From a virus: a stretch of 64,000 bases of DNA. The stretch spans positions 98,359 through 162,358 of the IMG/VR virus record IMGVR_UViG_3300037104_000796. One strand, written 5' to 3'. A program made the translations under genes and the position numbers. The notes beneath the pieces were generated by a model. That model was not told where the DNA came from and did not search any database. It was given only the letters and a program-made list of their open reading frames with translations. Positions within the stretch are counted from its first letter, which is position 1. Every line of letters starts with the position of its first letter. Shown one piece after another: positions 9,534 to 19,854 of the stretch.

Positions 9534-10102
9534 TATGCTAATTTTTTGCCTCTTAATAATTCTCTTAAAAAAAGATTTTTTTCGCCTCCTAAAAATTTAA
9601 CCCATTCAGGGTACCATTCAGGAAACATTATTTTAAGTTCTTCAGATGTTTTTCCTTTAAGCATTATGTAGTTTTGAGCTGGCATTTGTTCTGCAGCATC
9701 AACTGTCATTTTAACTTCAACGATAAAATCAAAAAAGTTAGGATAATTTTTGTAATCCCATACTCTTTCATCTGCAAGAAAACATACTGCAGTAAGAGCA
9801 TCATTGAGATCGGGTTCATAAAAACTTGATATGTCAATGTTATTTTTTTGTAAATTTTCCTGAATTTGATTCAATGTTCCAAACGGAAGCATGATCTCTT
9901 CATCAATTTTTGAATTTGTCGTTCCACCATTAAGAACTACCCAAGTCTTATCATCATCCATAAAGTGTATAAGTTCAGGACGAAGTTGGTGCGTGTACAC
10001 ATATTCCATGCCTGCGTGGCCTGCCTGTATCGCCTGTTGAATAGGTGAAATATTGTAGGGTACAAAAAAGTACATCCTATAAGCTAATCTTTTTTCTTCC
10101 AT
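9533..10102 (-). CDS. PTH2-like (peptidyl-tRNA hydrolase fold) phage protein
   Basis: QQAIQAGHA, VVLNGG and EPDLNDALTAVC motifs. Confidence 0.65.
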   Translation of the reverse strand: MEEKRLAYRMYFFVPYNISPIQQAIQAGHAGMEYVYTHQLRPELIHFMDDDKTWVVLNGGTTNSKIDEEIMLPFGTLNQIQENLQKNNIDISSFYEPDLNDALTAVCFLADERVWDYKNYPNFFDFIVEVKMTVDAAEQMPAQNYIMLKGKTSEELKIMFPEWYPEWVKFLGGEKNLFLRELLRGKKLA

Positions 10103-10106
10103 AGTA

Positions 10107-10146
10107 CTAATATAATCAATTTTTCTGACAAATAAAAATATTTGAC
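10107..10146 (-). promoter_or_regulatory. Early-type promoter (TTTGTCRG...TTATATTWG)
   Basis: One of 14 copies of a conserved intergenic motif. Confidence 0.75.
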
Positions 10147-10149
10147 CAT

Positions 10150-10632
10150 TTATTTTATGTCACGTCTAACTTTCATCAAAACCTTCCCAAGAAGATTAAG
10201 GCCATTCCAGTTCTTTTCGTCCAATATTCGATCATCGTCCCATTTTATTTTAACACCCCAAATTGGGTCAAAAGGAGTTCCTTCAACAAGAATTTTATTG
10301 CCAGTTTCCAGAAGTTGTTTTTTAAGTTTTGAACTTGATTCAAATTTAGCTCGTATAGCAATATACATAGAATTTTCACGATATTTTGACCATTCTTCTT
10401 CATTGTAATTCTTAACAGTTCTTCCTAAATCTTTTGCTGTTTTAGGATCACCACCGTATTGAACAATATTCAGAGCTGAATTCTCATCTTTAAAATGTTT
10501 TGCTTTTAAGTACATGAACAATTGTTCCGAATTTGTAAATATATGACCTTCATAAGGAATAGTCATGTCATTGGGAATCCAGTTCGATAGGTATGATCCC
10601 CAAAAATAAATGTGTGTATCAGTTATTCTCAT
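10150..10632 (-). CDS. NADAR (YbiA-like) family hydrolase
   Basis: SEQLFMYLKA, LVEGTPFDPIWG and GLNLLGKVLMKVR motifs. Confidence 0.92.
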   Translation of the reverse strand: MRITDTHIYFWGSYLSNWIPNDMTIPYEGHIFTNSEQLFMYLKAKHFKDENSALNIVQYGGDPKTAKDLGRTVKNYNEEEWSKYRENSMYIAIRAKFESSSKLKKQLLETGNKILVEGTPFDPIWGVKIKWDDDRILDEKNWNGLNLLGKVLMKVRRDIK

Positions 10633-10777
10633 TTTTTTCTAATTTTTCTAATTGTTCTTTAAAAGAATGATATTGTTGGCAAAGTTGATGTGATGCATAA
10701 GCATTTCCTGCTTCAGCCATACATTCCCATGTTTCTTCAGTTTCTTTCATTGCTGCTTTTAATTCTTCTGTATTCAT
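10619..10777 (-). CDS. Small hypothetical protein (likely start MNTEEL)
   Basis: ATG overlaps the stop of the PTH2 gene. Confidence 0.5.
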   Translation of the reverse strand: MNTEELKAAMKETEETWECMAEAGNAYASHQLCQQYHSFKEQLEKLEKNENN

Positions 10778-11226
10778 AATAGTGTTAATTTTCCGGTTAT
10801 CGTGTCTATTTTTTCTGATGCGCAAGGTCCGATAGCGCATGCCGTTATTGTTATTTCTCCACCAAATTCAGTAAGTCCTTTATCCTCAATAAGAGAACAT
10901 GGAAGACCGGCAGCTTTTGCAGTTTGATAAATGTTAACCAATTCGGCAAGTGAATCAACACCAACTACGATTTTCTTGAACATTCCAGTCATCCATTCAT
11001 ACATTTCATCACCATTATCTCCAAGAGGAAGAGTTATTTTTAATTCTTTCTGTTTATAATTCAGTTCAATAGGACTGGCGTTTTCAATTGGTTTGTTCAA
11101 ATAATTTGGGTACATATAATTGAATATGACTGCCATAGAAGCGTGACTTCCTTGAGCCACCATTTTGCCTTTTCTCATATTTAAATCCTTTCGGAGTATT
11201 ATGACTTGTTTTACGTCTTTATTCAT
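10774..11226 (-). CDS. pth2: Peptidyl-tRNA hydrolase PTH2 (archaeal/eukaryotic type)
   Basis: QVIILRKDLNMRKGKMVAQGSHA, KKIVV, DKGLTEF, IGP and ITGKLTLL motifs. Confidence 0.92.
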   Translation of the reverse strand: MNKDVKQVIILRKDLNMRKGKMVAQGSHASMAVIFNYMYPNYLNKPIENASPIELNYKQKELKITLPLGDNGDEMYEWMTGMFKKIVVGVDSLAELVNIYQTAKAAGLPCSLIEDKGLTEFGGEITITACAIGPCASEKIDTITGKLTLL

Positions 11227-11615
11227 TAAAATAAGGGTTTTATATTTTTCTTTTGTTGTAATTGTAATAACTTTTCATCTTTATAATTCCATTCAGGAAC
11301 TTCAATGCCAATACTTTCTTGAATCCATTTGGCCACGATACGTCGGTGACAAAATTCTCCTGGGTCTTCCCAACATAGCAATACATTCTTATTAAACATA
11401 CTTAGAATTGTTTGTGGGTCTAATTTTCCAAGAGTATTTTCTCTATAAAGTTTTTCATATTCCTTTTGAGTCAATTGACCATTTTTAATTGCAAAAAAGA
11501 TATCCCTTTCGGGTTCAAGTGCTGGAAATCTTAGACCTGACCAATCAATTGGAGGATATAAACAAATGGCCACTCCCATTTCTCCTGTGTAATATTTAAA
11601 GCAACTTGTCTTCAT
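11226..11615 (-). CDS. DUF488-family protein
   Basis: MKTSCF start; LLCWEDPGEFCHRRIVAKW motif. Confidence 0.75.
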   Translation of the reverse strand: MKTSCFKYYTGEMGVAICLYPPIDWSGLRFPALEPERDIFFAIKNGQLTQKEYEKLYRENTLGKLDPQTILSMFNKNVLLCWEDPGEFCHRRIVAKWIQESIGIEVPEWNYKDEKLLQLQQKKNIKPLF

Positions 11616-12237
11616 CAAAAGGTACTCCTGCAAGTTTCCATTTCATATCTTTGGCTCTTTCATTTTTCTCTAAACAATCCCAACAACATGTATAAACCCA
11701 ACCACGAGTTCTTCCTACGTTATTTGTTGTTCCACAAGTTTCACATGTTCTATAAGAAAGAGATTGAGCGTAATCAACCATGCCTTCAATAACTTTATCG
11801 CCGCCACTGTAATAGAAACAAAGCCCGCCAAATTTTTCTTTAATCTGATTTACAGATACTGTGATAGGAGTTTGTTTTTTTCTTGGGGCTTTATTGTAAA
11901 GCCATTCAGCAAAAGCAAAAAGTTTTTTCTTTTTGTAGTGTTTTCTGCGAAGATATGCCTGTAATTTCCACATCCACTTATATTGAAATTCATTGTCTCG
12001 ATTACGATTTTCATTTTCAAGGTGCCATTTAATATTAGCCATGAGTGTATCAAGAATAAGATACCAACCATTTCCTACTTCCATTCCGAACTGTATTGGT
12101 TCTACAATTTCTTTTTGTTTCGCTAAGTCTTTAACTTCTTCTATCATTGGTTTTTCTCCAATGTAAATTTTTTGCTTAGTGTGTGAAAAAAATTCTGGGT
12201 ATTTATTTAATAATTTTCTTTGTAGATTTGTGTCCAT
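11596..12237 (-). CDS. Conserved phage protein (QIKEKFGGL motif, Zn ribbon)
   Basis: GNGW, QIKEKFGGLxFY and CETCG motifs. Confidence 0.7.
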   Translation of the reverse strand: MDTNLQRKLLNKYPEFFSHTKQKIYIGEKPMIEEVKDLAKQKEIVEPIQFGMEVGNGWYLILDTLMANIKWHLENENRNRDNEFQYKWMWKLQAYLRRKHYKKKKLFAFAEWLYNKAPRKKQTPITVSVNQIKEKFGGLCFYYSGGDKVIEGMVDYAQSLSYRTCETCGTTNNVGRTRGWVYTCCWDCLEKNERAKDMKWKLAGVPFDEDKLL

Positions 12238-12249
12238 ATTTATAAGTTT

Positions 12250-13146
12250 TTAATTAAGTTCAATGTAATTTTTATCAACTATCATAATATAATTAAATCC
12301 GGCAGTGATAGTAGCTTTTTTCTTTTCTTCTATTTGATTTATTCCTTGTAATTCAATTATCCAACTACTTTTTATTTCAACTATAAGATTTAATGATGGT
12401 ATGAAAAAATCTGAATAATAAACTTTATGCTTATCACCAACAACATATTTAATTGAAAGTCCTCTTTGTATGTCTGGATATTTATCATAATATTTTTCTA
12501 GAAAATCAAATTCAAATGTTCCCTGATACCAAATATTAGTATCTCTAAATTTTTTTATTTTATATCCAGATTTTTGAGCTTTTTCAAAAATTTCTTTATT
12601 TTGTATTGGATTTTTAACATTGTAGTTTTTGAAGCAAGTTTCTTCTTTCTTCTTTTTTATTTCATTAGATTGTGATATATTTTCTACACCATAATTTTTT
12701 AATAACGTGCCTTTTATTTTTTCCTTTATTTCTTCAGATTGCCACGGATTATCTACACCATAATGTTCTTTAAGTGTTTTTTTACAAGTTTCTTGATTCC
12801 AGCCATTAGGAACACATTTTAAAGAACAATATTGATTAGGCACACCTCTTGTAAATTTTACAGGCTTTCCGCAAGTTTTACATATTGGATTTCCATATTG
12901 TATAATGTAATTTTTCTCTCTCCATTTTGGGCCTTTATGCCCTACAGCAAAATCATGAAAAATATTATCTCGATATTCCGGTATTTCGTTGCAATATCCG
13001 CATTTACATATAGGCTTAATTCCGTTTAAAATATACTCTATATGATAGTCCAGTGGAGATAAATTATGACATTGTTTTAGATGATTATTAAATTTTCTTA
13101 AATCTAAAAATTCTTCATTACAAACTTTACATTCATTAGAATTCAT
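12250..13146 (-). CDS. Putative homing endonuclease (Zn fingers, YGVxNP repeats, PD-(D/E)xK)
   Basis: YYSDFFIPSLNLIVEIKS; paralog of 470 and 48566. Confidence 0.7.
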   Translation of the reverse strand: MNSNECKVCNEEFLDLRKFNNHLKQCHNLSPLDYHIEYILNGIKPICKCGYCNEIPEYRDNIFHDFAVGHKGPKWREKNYIIQYGNPICKTCGKPVKFTRGVPNQYCSLKCVPNGWNQETCKKTLKEHYGVDNPWQSEEIKEKIKGTLLKNYGVENISQSNEIKKKKEETCFKNYNVKNPIQNKEIFEKAQKSGYKIKKFRDTNIWYQGTFEFDFLEKYYDKYPDIQRGLSIKYVVGDKHKVYYSDFFIPSLNLIVEIKSSWIIELQGINQIEEKKKATITAGFNYIMIVDKNYIELN

Positions 13147-13213
13147 TTTTATTTTATATATCCTATCTAATTCAAAATTGTAATGAATGCGGTGTTAAAT
13201 TTTTGTTAATGTT

Positions 13214-13528
13214 TTATTCAATACCCGCATGTAAGTGTTTCATTGATTTTTGTTTCTTTTCAAAAACATCTTCTATAGGAGTAGAAACATAATGTGAATC
13301 TTTTATATGTGAATATGGCTCTACATCTTCAATCTTTAACATAAAATTTCCATTCTTATCCCACCCACCGAAAGTTCCTATACTATAAAAATTAAATGGC
13401 ATTTGTACATAAAATTTCTTATTATATGTTTCAGATTTTTCGTATAATTCAACAATACGTTTAGCATCAAAATATTCCTTAAATGTTGGCGAAATTTTGT
13501 TAATTTGTTTAATTATTTTTTTATTCAT
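13214..13528 (-). CDS. Hypothetical protein
   Basis: ORF in operon. Confidence 0.6.
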   Translation of the reverse strand: MNKKIIKQINKISPTFKEYFDAKRIVELYEKSETYNKKFYVQMPFNFYSIGTFGGWDKNGNFMLKIEDVEPYSHIKDSHYVSTPIEDVFEKKQKSMKHLHAGIE

Positions 13529-13534
13529 AATATT

Positions 13535-14752
13535 TTAATTTCCGAAGCCTATTCGTTTTGTTTTTTTGGCATTTGAATTATTATCTGATCCGTAGTAATA
13601 AATATCTGCAAGAGACATCGGTTCTTTTACTTCTATTTCTCCGTTACCCAATTTAGCTAATAAGTTATGTGATTTAATAACGGAAAGTTTTTCAAAATTA
13701 TAGTTCATTAAAAGTCTTCCTTTACGAGTAAGAGCTTCATCGATATTCTTTTCTTTTGTATTGAAAGTTGCTACAATAGAGATATTCAAACAATCTGAAA
13801 GCAATCCATCAGTTAAGTTAAGAACATTTGATACTGCGCTACTTCTTCCACCATTTCCTCGTTTTTCAAGAACAGGTTCTGCATCTTCTATTATAAGAAT
13901 TGAATCATTATTCTTCATTAAAAATGGAATGAAAGCTGGATCAGTAATTGAATCCACCATGTCTGGAGATATAAAAATGATGTTCTTTTTAAGTTTTGAA
14001 GTAAGATAACGAATATAAGTTGTTTTGCCTGTTCCTGTTTCACCTGGCAAAATAACGAGATTTGTTTTATTCTTACTATTTAGTCCTTCGAGTATTCGCC
14101 CTGAAATTTCAGCGAATCCGTCATTATAATTTTCTTCCAGATCAACTTTTACTTTTTTAACGTTAAAGCCCATTTTATCATATCCATGATTTGTCTTATA
14201 AACAATATAGATTTTATTTTTAGGAACTTTAGGACGTTTGCTATTTTTAAGCAATCCAAAAAGTGTATATAAGAATGAATTGGGATCGTGATCGTCTTTA
14301 GGATCGTAATAAATAATACCTTTATCAGTTCCATCAACATACATCCACGTTTTCTCCGAGAATCCTATGAGCAATGATGTCACAACAGATTCGGTACTAT
14401 TTTGGAATGAGGTTTTGATATATGCTGTTGTGGGAATTTCATAATATTTGAACATATTTTTAATAAACAAATTAACATCAAATTGTTCAAATCTATATGT
14501 GTACGGATGAATCTTGTTATGTTTTTGGTAACAATAAACGTAATAGTTTAATTCTGAATATGCATCAACATAAGCTGCCTGACTATCTTCAGGGCATATT
14601 AAGGGATGTATATTAAAAAAGGGAATCTCTTTAACATCGGCAAATTTAAGCACTGGAATTTTTGAAATATCAAGCGCTACATTTTTCCAATCTTGTTCAT
14701 CTTCGATTATATTGCCCTCATCATCGTATTCATCATATTTTTCTAAGTTCAT
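13535..14752 (-). CDS. AAA+ ATPase
   Basis: Walker A GETGTGKT, Walker B ILIIED, SRH DEALTRKGR. Confidence 0.9.
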   Translation of the reverse strand: MNLEKYDEYDDEGNIIEDEQDWKNVALDISKIPVLKFADVKEIPFFNIHPLICPEDSQAAYVDAYSELNYYVYCYQKHNKIHPYTYRFEQFDVNLFIKNMFKYYEIPTTAYIKTSFQNSTESVVTSLLIGFSEKTWMYVDGTDKGIIYYDPKDDHDPNSFLYTLFGLLKNSKRPKVPKNKIYIVYKTNHGYDKMGFNVKKVKVDLEENYNDGFAEISGRILEGLNSKNKTNLVILPGETGTGKTTYIRYLTSKLKKNIIFISPDMVDSITDPAFIPFLMKNNDSILIIEDAEPVLEKRGNGGRSSAVSNVLNLTDGLLSDCLNISIVATFNTKEKNIDEALTRKGRLLMNYNFEKLSVIKSHNLLAKLGNGEIEVKEPMSLADIYYYGSDNNSNAKKTKRIGFGN

Positions 14753-14838
14753 ATCGTTTGATTGTTCGTTAATTTATCTTAAAATATCAGGAGTTACATC
14801 AATACAATTATATCCCGGAATACGTATGTCTCCTTTTT

Positions 14839-16650
14839 TTATTTGCCCTCTAGCCATACTTTGCGTTTTTTAGCTGAATCACCAAACGCAATGTCTAAAA
14901 ATTTACTGGCACTTCTATCGTTTATAATTGAAAAAAGCGTTTTGTTTTCCATTACGTATTGCCAATCTTTTAATGAAAGTGATCCAAGTCCTTTCAAGTA
15001 TTTCACTCCTGAAACTTTATTTTTCGTGGAAAAATTTTGAAATTCTTCAAATGTAAAGAAATATTTTCTCTCTTTGCCTGCATCACATGAAACTAATGGA
15101 GTAATAATTCTATAAAGTCTTTTATCTTCAATGATTTGTGGGAACCATCGATGGAAAAAACTTATGATTAAAGAACTAATGTGTTGACCATCAGCATCCT
15201 CATCAGTCGCAATGATAATTTTATCATATACAGGAAGTTTTTTGTTTCCTGGCTCAATTTCAAGTATACTCATAATGTCTAACCATTCTACATTTCCAGT
15301 AAGATCAGATAACTTACGAGCATTTTTAACTTTTCCTTTAAGAGCATATATTGCATCAGTTTCAGAATCTCTGGCTTGTTTAACTGAACCTGCGGCAGAA
15401 AGCCCTTCTGTAATATAAATGTTTTGCTTAAATCTTGAAGCAGGACTAAACTTTTCTGAAATCTTACGTTTTGATTGTCTTCCAGCTTTTTTAATTTTAT
15501 TCATATTATCATTATGCATACGATCTTCAATAGCTTGCTCAATATTTCTAGCGATTGCAGATTTTTTCAACAGTTTCATTTGTTTATCCATGAAACGTTC
15601 TTTCATATCATCTTCAAGTTCCCAACGACCTGTTACAAGTTTGGTTTTGTTTTGATCTCCAAATCTCATAAGAGTTGATGGAACATTAAGAGATATCAGT
15701 GTTTCATAGAAATGGTGAGCCAAATTGTATTTAAAGTATTCATTAACCCAATCATTTACAACTTTCTGGTGTATTCCTGTGCATTGAGAACCGTTAATAA
15801 ATGACAATGAACAAGAATTTTCATACGCTTCCCAAAGATACATAGTGCCATAACTATTCGATACTACAACATGTTCCGTAGGGATAAATCCAGCTGTAAT
15901 AGGAACAGGTAATTCTTTTCCGTTTTTGATATAATATCCGTGAATGTTAAGTTTACTAATCACCGGATCGCTTTTTATCAAAAACGTTTTGTATGATAAA
16001 TATGTCGTAACAATATCAAAATCCCATTTGTAATCAGGAAACATTTCCTTTAAGGGGATGAAAGTAATTTTTGTTCCAAATTTATCTGATGGAACTTTCT
16101 TTCGTATTTCTTCATCAACAATTTTAAAGTTATCCCATTTAAATCTTACATAATGGGTTTTATTAACAGTCTCAATACTAAATGTTTCAGCTAAAATGTT
16201 AACAACTGCAGCACCTACGCCATGTGTTCCAAGAATGTTTGTGCTTGTATCAATAAAATTCGAACCTGCATGCAATTCTTCTAATGCCGTACGAACAACA
16301 TTCTTTTTCGTTTTAGGATGCTTTTTAGCAGCATTATGAAAACCAAGACCTTCATCAATTACAGTTACTTCATTATTGTCAAAATTGACTTTAACTGTAA
16401 TGTTTTTCATTTTCCCCTTACAACGTTTTGCTTCATCCAATGCGTTCTCTACTATTTCAACAAGAAGTTGCATAAAACCTGGCGACCATTTTTTCTCAGC
16501 TGCAATAAGCTTTCCGTCTATGATTAATGGAAGTTTTTCTTCTATGGGAGATATTTGGCCAATTTGTTGAGTAGGACGTAAACGAACAGATTCAAACGTA
16601 TTAAGAGCAATGATCTCTTTTGAGTTTTTCTGATCTATTTTTATTGGCAT
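14839..16650 (-). CDS. DNA topoisomerase II, GyrB/gp39+60-like subunit
   Basis: EIVENALDE, GTHGVG, EGLSA, TDEDADG and YLKGLG motifs. Confidence 0.95.
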   Translation of the reverse strand: MPIKIDQKNSKEIIALNTFESVRLRPTQQIGQISPIEEKLPLIIDGKLIAAEKKWSPGFMQLLVEIVENALDEAKRCKGKMKNITVKVNFDNNEVTVIDEGLGFHNAAKKHPKTKKNVVRTALEELHAGSNFIDTSTNILGTHGVGAAVVNILAETFSIETVNKTHYVRFKWDNFKIVDEEIRKKVPSDKFGTKITFIPLKEMFPDYKWDFDIVTTYLSYKTFLIKSDPVISKLNIHGYYIKNGKELPVPITAGFIPTEHVVVSNSYGTMYLWEAYENSCSLSFINGSQCTGIHQKVVNDWVNEYFKYNLAHHFYETLISLNVPSTLMRFGDQNKTKLVTGRWELEDDMKERFMDKQMKLLKKSAIARNIEQAIEDRMHNDNMNKIKKAGRQSKRKISEKFSPASRFKQNIYITEGLSAAGSVKQARDSETDAIYALKGKVKNARKLSDLTGNVEWLDIMSILEIEPGNKKLPVYDKIIIATDEDADGQHISSLIISFFHRWFPQIIEDKRLYRIITPLVSCDAGKERKYFFTFEEFQNFSTKNKVSGVKYLKGLGSLSLKDWQYVMENKTLFSIINDRSASKFLDIAFGDSAKKRKVWLEGK

Positions 16651-16663
16651 ATAATTTTTGTAT

Positions 16664-16690
16664 ATTATATGAAGATTATTAATTAAGTTT
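16664..16690 (-). promoter_or_regulatory. Middle-type promoter AAACT-N16-TATAAT
   Basis: Motif match with a 16-nt spacer. Confidence 0.5.
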
Positions 16691-16966
16691 CATAGCATCT
16701 TCTGCGATTGCCTTCTCAATATTATCGAGAATATCTTCCTGTTGTTCTTTAGACAAAGCATTATATGCATCTCGTCTCTTTTTTCTTGCTTCTGCAGAAT
16801 AAGAAATTTCTGTTTGTTTAAGAATGTCAAAATAATTAACTACACCACCAAGAGTTATTAAAGATACAAAAAATCCAGGTGCTATCCAATTGTGATAAAA
16901 CATTACAGCTGCTATGATCACCATACCTATGATAGCAATCATATACAAAGTTTTTCCTAATTTCAT
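16679..16966 (-). CDS. Two-TM membrane protein
   Basis: Two hydrophobic segments. Confidence 0.65.
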   Translation of the reverse strand: MKLGKTLYMIAIIGMVIIAAVMFYHNWIAPGFFVSLITLGGVVNYFDILKQTEISYSAEARKKRRDAYNALSKEQQEDILDNIEKAIAEDAMKLN

Positions 16967-16967
16967 A

Positions 16968-17234
16968 TTATCGAGTTTCTTTAAAAGTTATTTCGCCTTC
17001 TAAAATTCCGCGTTTGCTTTTTTCTTTAAATAAAGATGTTTTTGGAATATCTGTTGATTCCATTGGAACGGTTAAATACCAAAGATTGTCATCTTTCCAT
17101 GTAACATTAACTAATTTTTCATTAGCTTTAAGTTCAATGGTCATTTTGCCACCATATTTTTTAACTCTTGTATTTTTGCATGAAGTAAAAGAAACAAGAC
17201 TAATAATTGCAAGTAAAATAAAAATTCTTTTCAT
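16968..17234 (-). CDS. Small lipoprotein
   Basis: Signal peptide with FTSC lipobox; KLVNVTWKDDNLWYLT. Confidence 0.7.
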   Translation of the reverse strand: MKRIFILLAIISLVSFTSCKNTRVKKYGGKMTIELKANEKLVNVTWKDDNLWYLTVPMESTDIPKTSLFKEKSKRGILEGEITFKETR

Positions 17235-17527
17235 TATTTGATAGGTTTAAGTTGTTTGTATGTTTCAATATTTTCTAGGGCATCGGAACGGTGCGAATCC
17301 CAATCATAACTTCTGGTAATTTCACCACTATATTTGCTACTCCAAAAAGGAGACCATCCAAAAATAATATGAAGCATTTCGGGTCTGTAAAAAGTGATTG
17401 TTCCTTTTTTCTTTTCAGCTACGCGAAAAGCTGCTGTTGCAGGGAACCATTTAAGCCAAACGATAAAGGCTGCAAAAAATAATGCAATGCCTATAATTAC
17501 GAGTATTGATGCGAGTGTTTCTGACAT
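17234..17527 (-). CDS. Membrane-anchored hypothetical protein
   Basis: N-terminal TM helix. Confidence 0.6.
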   Translation of the reverse strand: MSETLASILVIIGIALFFAAFIVWLKWFPATAAFRVAEKKKGTITFYRPEMLHIIFGWSPFWSSKYSGEITRSYDWDSHRSDALENIETYKQLKPIK

Positions 17528-17557
17528 GTTTTTATGTGTTAATGGGTTTATATTGTA

Positions 17558-17577
17558 GAGAGACCCGAAGGTCTCTC
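17558..17577 (-). terminator. C(UUCG)G tetraloop hairpin
   Basis: gagagacc-TTCG-ggtctctc on minus strand; weak U-tract. Confidence 0.55.
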
Positions 17578-17592
17578 GTATTTTCTTGTGAA

Positions 17593-18453
17593 TTACTGAG
17601 CCAATTCAGGTGTCATATATGATTCAGCTATTTCCCAAAGTTTCTTATTGAAATCGATATGGCGAGCTGCATTATTGATACCTCTTGGTTTTGTCCTACG
17701 ACCGTTCATTGTCTGACGATCAAATTCACCTTTTACAAGTCTTTCCTGTATAACATTGAATATCGTCCAAAGGTCTTCCTTTGCATCTTCTCCACGAAGT
17801 GGTTCAACTATCTGTGAAGGTTTTATGATAAAAGTGGCTTTCTTCATGTCTATCGTTCCGTCTTCTTTTACGAAAACGTGAGGTTCTCTGGCTGCAACTG
17901 CTTTTATAACGAACATTTCTCTTTCGTCTTGATTCAATTTAACCTGCTGCATTTCCTCAATATGTGAACCAATAGTGTTGTACTGATTAGCAACAACTTC
18001 CATGAGTTGTTTAAGTTCAGTCATATCGATACCTACGTGACGTAATCTTACTGATGTGAACATACCTGGCATTGCGACTACAAGTCCGTTGGTACAAACC
18101 AGACGGAAAAGACCCATGTGAATTTGTGCGTTTGACATTCCATTATGGGAGTTGTCGAGAACAATCTGAGGTTTAACCTTATCAGATCTGAGGTCCATGA
18201 AGCCAAGTTTGGGATTCGTTAAACGAACCATGTGGCGAGCGTAAGGGCCTGTACCATTTTGTCTGGCGTATGTCGGATTCCATCCGAGTAATTCAAATGC
18301 GTTAAGTAAATCGAGGGTTGGTACGAATGAGTACCTGGGAGAAACTTTTGGGCTTTCATGGGCTGAAAAAGCAGCCGGAGCATAGTTACGAATTTCATCA
18401 ATAGATGCTACCTTGTAACCGATACTGGTAATTGGATTGACTTGAGTTGTCAT
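17593..18453 (-). CDS. DUF932 (DUF945) family protein
   Basis: SPRYSFVPT, NSHNG, GLFRLVCTNGLV and LWTIFNVIQE motifs. Confidence 0.88.
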   Translation of the reverse strand: MTTQVNPITSIGYKVASIDEIRNYAPAAFSAHESPKVSPRYSFVPTLDLLNAFELLGWNPTYARQNGTGPYARHMVRLTNPKLGFMDLRSDKVKPQIVLDNSHNGMSNAQIHMGLFRLVCTNGLVVAMPGMFTSVRLRHVGIDMTELKQLMEVVANQYNTIGSHIEEMQQVKLNQDEREMFVIKAVAAREPHVFVKEDGTIDMKKATFIIKPSQIVEPLRGEDAKEDLWTIFNVIQERLVKGEFDRQTMNGRRTKPRGINNAARHIDFNKKLWEIAESYMTPELAQ

Positions 18454-18483
18454 AATGTGAGTGATAAATTAATTTCTATAATA

Positions 18484-18531
18484 CTAATATAATAAAATAA
18501 TCCGACAAATAAAAATATTTGACGGATTATT
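18484..18531 (-). promoter_or_regulatory. Early-type promoter embedded in a near-perfect palindrome
   Basis: ctaatata...AATAATCCGACAAATA aaaa TATTTGACGGATTATT. Confidence 0.75.
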
Positions 18532-18553
18532 TTCAGATTTTTGTTTTTAATAA

Positions 18554-19759
18554 TTAAAGGGCGGCTATGTCGGTTGCTATTAAAGCCTCGTTGTATATTT
18601 TAAAATTGGTTATAGTTCCATTATAATTCATATACGAGTCTCCATCATTGCCAACATATACACCGTATGATGCTACTTCTACTCCTGATGATGCTGATGA
18701 AATTAATGCTCCATCGACATAAAGAGACATAATAGAACCGTCATAGCTTATAACTACTTTGTGTTTTCCGTTCCAAACTGTAGAATTTGCATAAACAACT
18801 TCCGTTACATTAGTTACCGAAGGTACACCTGTTGCACCGACTTGATATCTCTTATATGAAATTCCGCTTGTAGATAATTCTAATTTTATACAACCATTTC
18901 CAGCATCATTAAAATTATGTCCACCAGGACTAACTCCACCTTCGTCAGTAACTACTGTAAGTAAAGCTGCTTTAAGACTTCCTGCAGACCCATTATTTAA
19001 ATCTCTATTAATATGATTTCCGGCAGTTTCATAAGTAAATGATACTGAAAATCTATTACGACCTCTGAAAAGACCGCTATATGTTGAAAGAATAGAAGCT
19101 GGTGTTGTTGATGTGTACATTGTCTGTACGGCAGGTTGAGTAATAACAACTGATAATGTAGCAGTTTGTTGTTTGCTATCAGTAACGGTAACTAAATATG
19201 TTCCTGCATGTAAATTATTAAAAGTACAACCTGAACCTACTATTAAGGTACCTGCAGTTATGACTCCAACTGCATCAGTAGACGTATATGCATAAGGATA
19301 TGTACCAGTGTTAACTCTGACTTCCAAAGAACCTGTTTTTAAATTATAAATGTCAACATTAACCTGTTTTTGAAGATAAATTGCTAATGGTGTAATAACT
19401 GCAACAAATGGTGGCACTACCACATCTTGAGAAGCTACTGTACCTTTACTGTCTTTAACAGTTATTGTATATGTTCCAGCTGATAAATTAACGAATTTAG
19501 GGAATTCCATTGTCGCAAAGTCGGCAGTTCCTATTTTATAGGTATAAGGTTCAACTCCAGAAGAAACAACAATAGAAATGATTTCGTTAGTTCCATTATA
19601 AATGGCTGTATTGGTTAAAGTTGCCGTAAAAATAACGGGGGTAGCAGGAGTAACAACCGCTGGAGGTTCAGACGGCGTAATAACCGGGTCCATGTCGGTA
19701 GGTTTTGAACATGACGCAAATAATAAACTCATCAATAATAAAAATCCAAATTTTTTCAT
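18554..19759 (-). CDS. Lipoprotein with SprB-like repeats and a C-terminal LamG/ConA-like domain
   Basis: FASC lipobox; NLSAGTYTITVKDS-type repeat twice; SYDGSIMSLYVDG and GTITNFKIYNEAL. Confidence 0.75.
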   Translation of the reverse strand: MKKFGFLLLMSLLFASCSKPTDMDPVITPSEPPAVVTPATPVIFTATLTNTAIYNGTNEIISIVVSSGVEPYTYKIGTADFATMEFPKFVNLSAGTYTITVKDSKGTVASQDVVVPPFVAVITPLAIYLQKQVNVDIYNLKTGSLEVRVNTGTYPYAYTSTDAVGVITAGTLIVGSGCTFNNLHAGTYLVTVTDSKQQTATLSVVITQPAVQTMYTSTTPASILSTYSGLFRGRNRFSVSFTYETAGNHINRDLNNGSAGSLKAALLTVVTDEGGVSPGGHNFNDAGNGCIKLELSTSGISYKRYQVGATGVPSVTNVTEVVYANSTVWNGKHKVVISYDGSIMSLYVDGALISSASSGVEVASYGVYVGNDGDSYMNYNGTITNFKIYNEALIATDIAAL

Positions 19760-19795
19760 TTTTTTAATTTTAATTGTTTTTTTTAATGTTATAGA

Positions 19796-19838
19796 TAAAT
19801 ATAATCATTATTTCTGACAAATAAAAATTTTTGATGGA
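19796..19838 (-). promoter_or_regulatory. Early-type promoter
   Basis: taaatataat...ctgacaaataaaaatttttg. Confidence 0.7.
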
Positions 19839-19854
19839 TTATTTTAACAATTTC

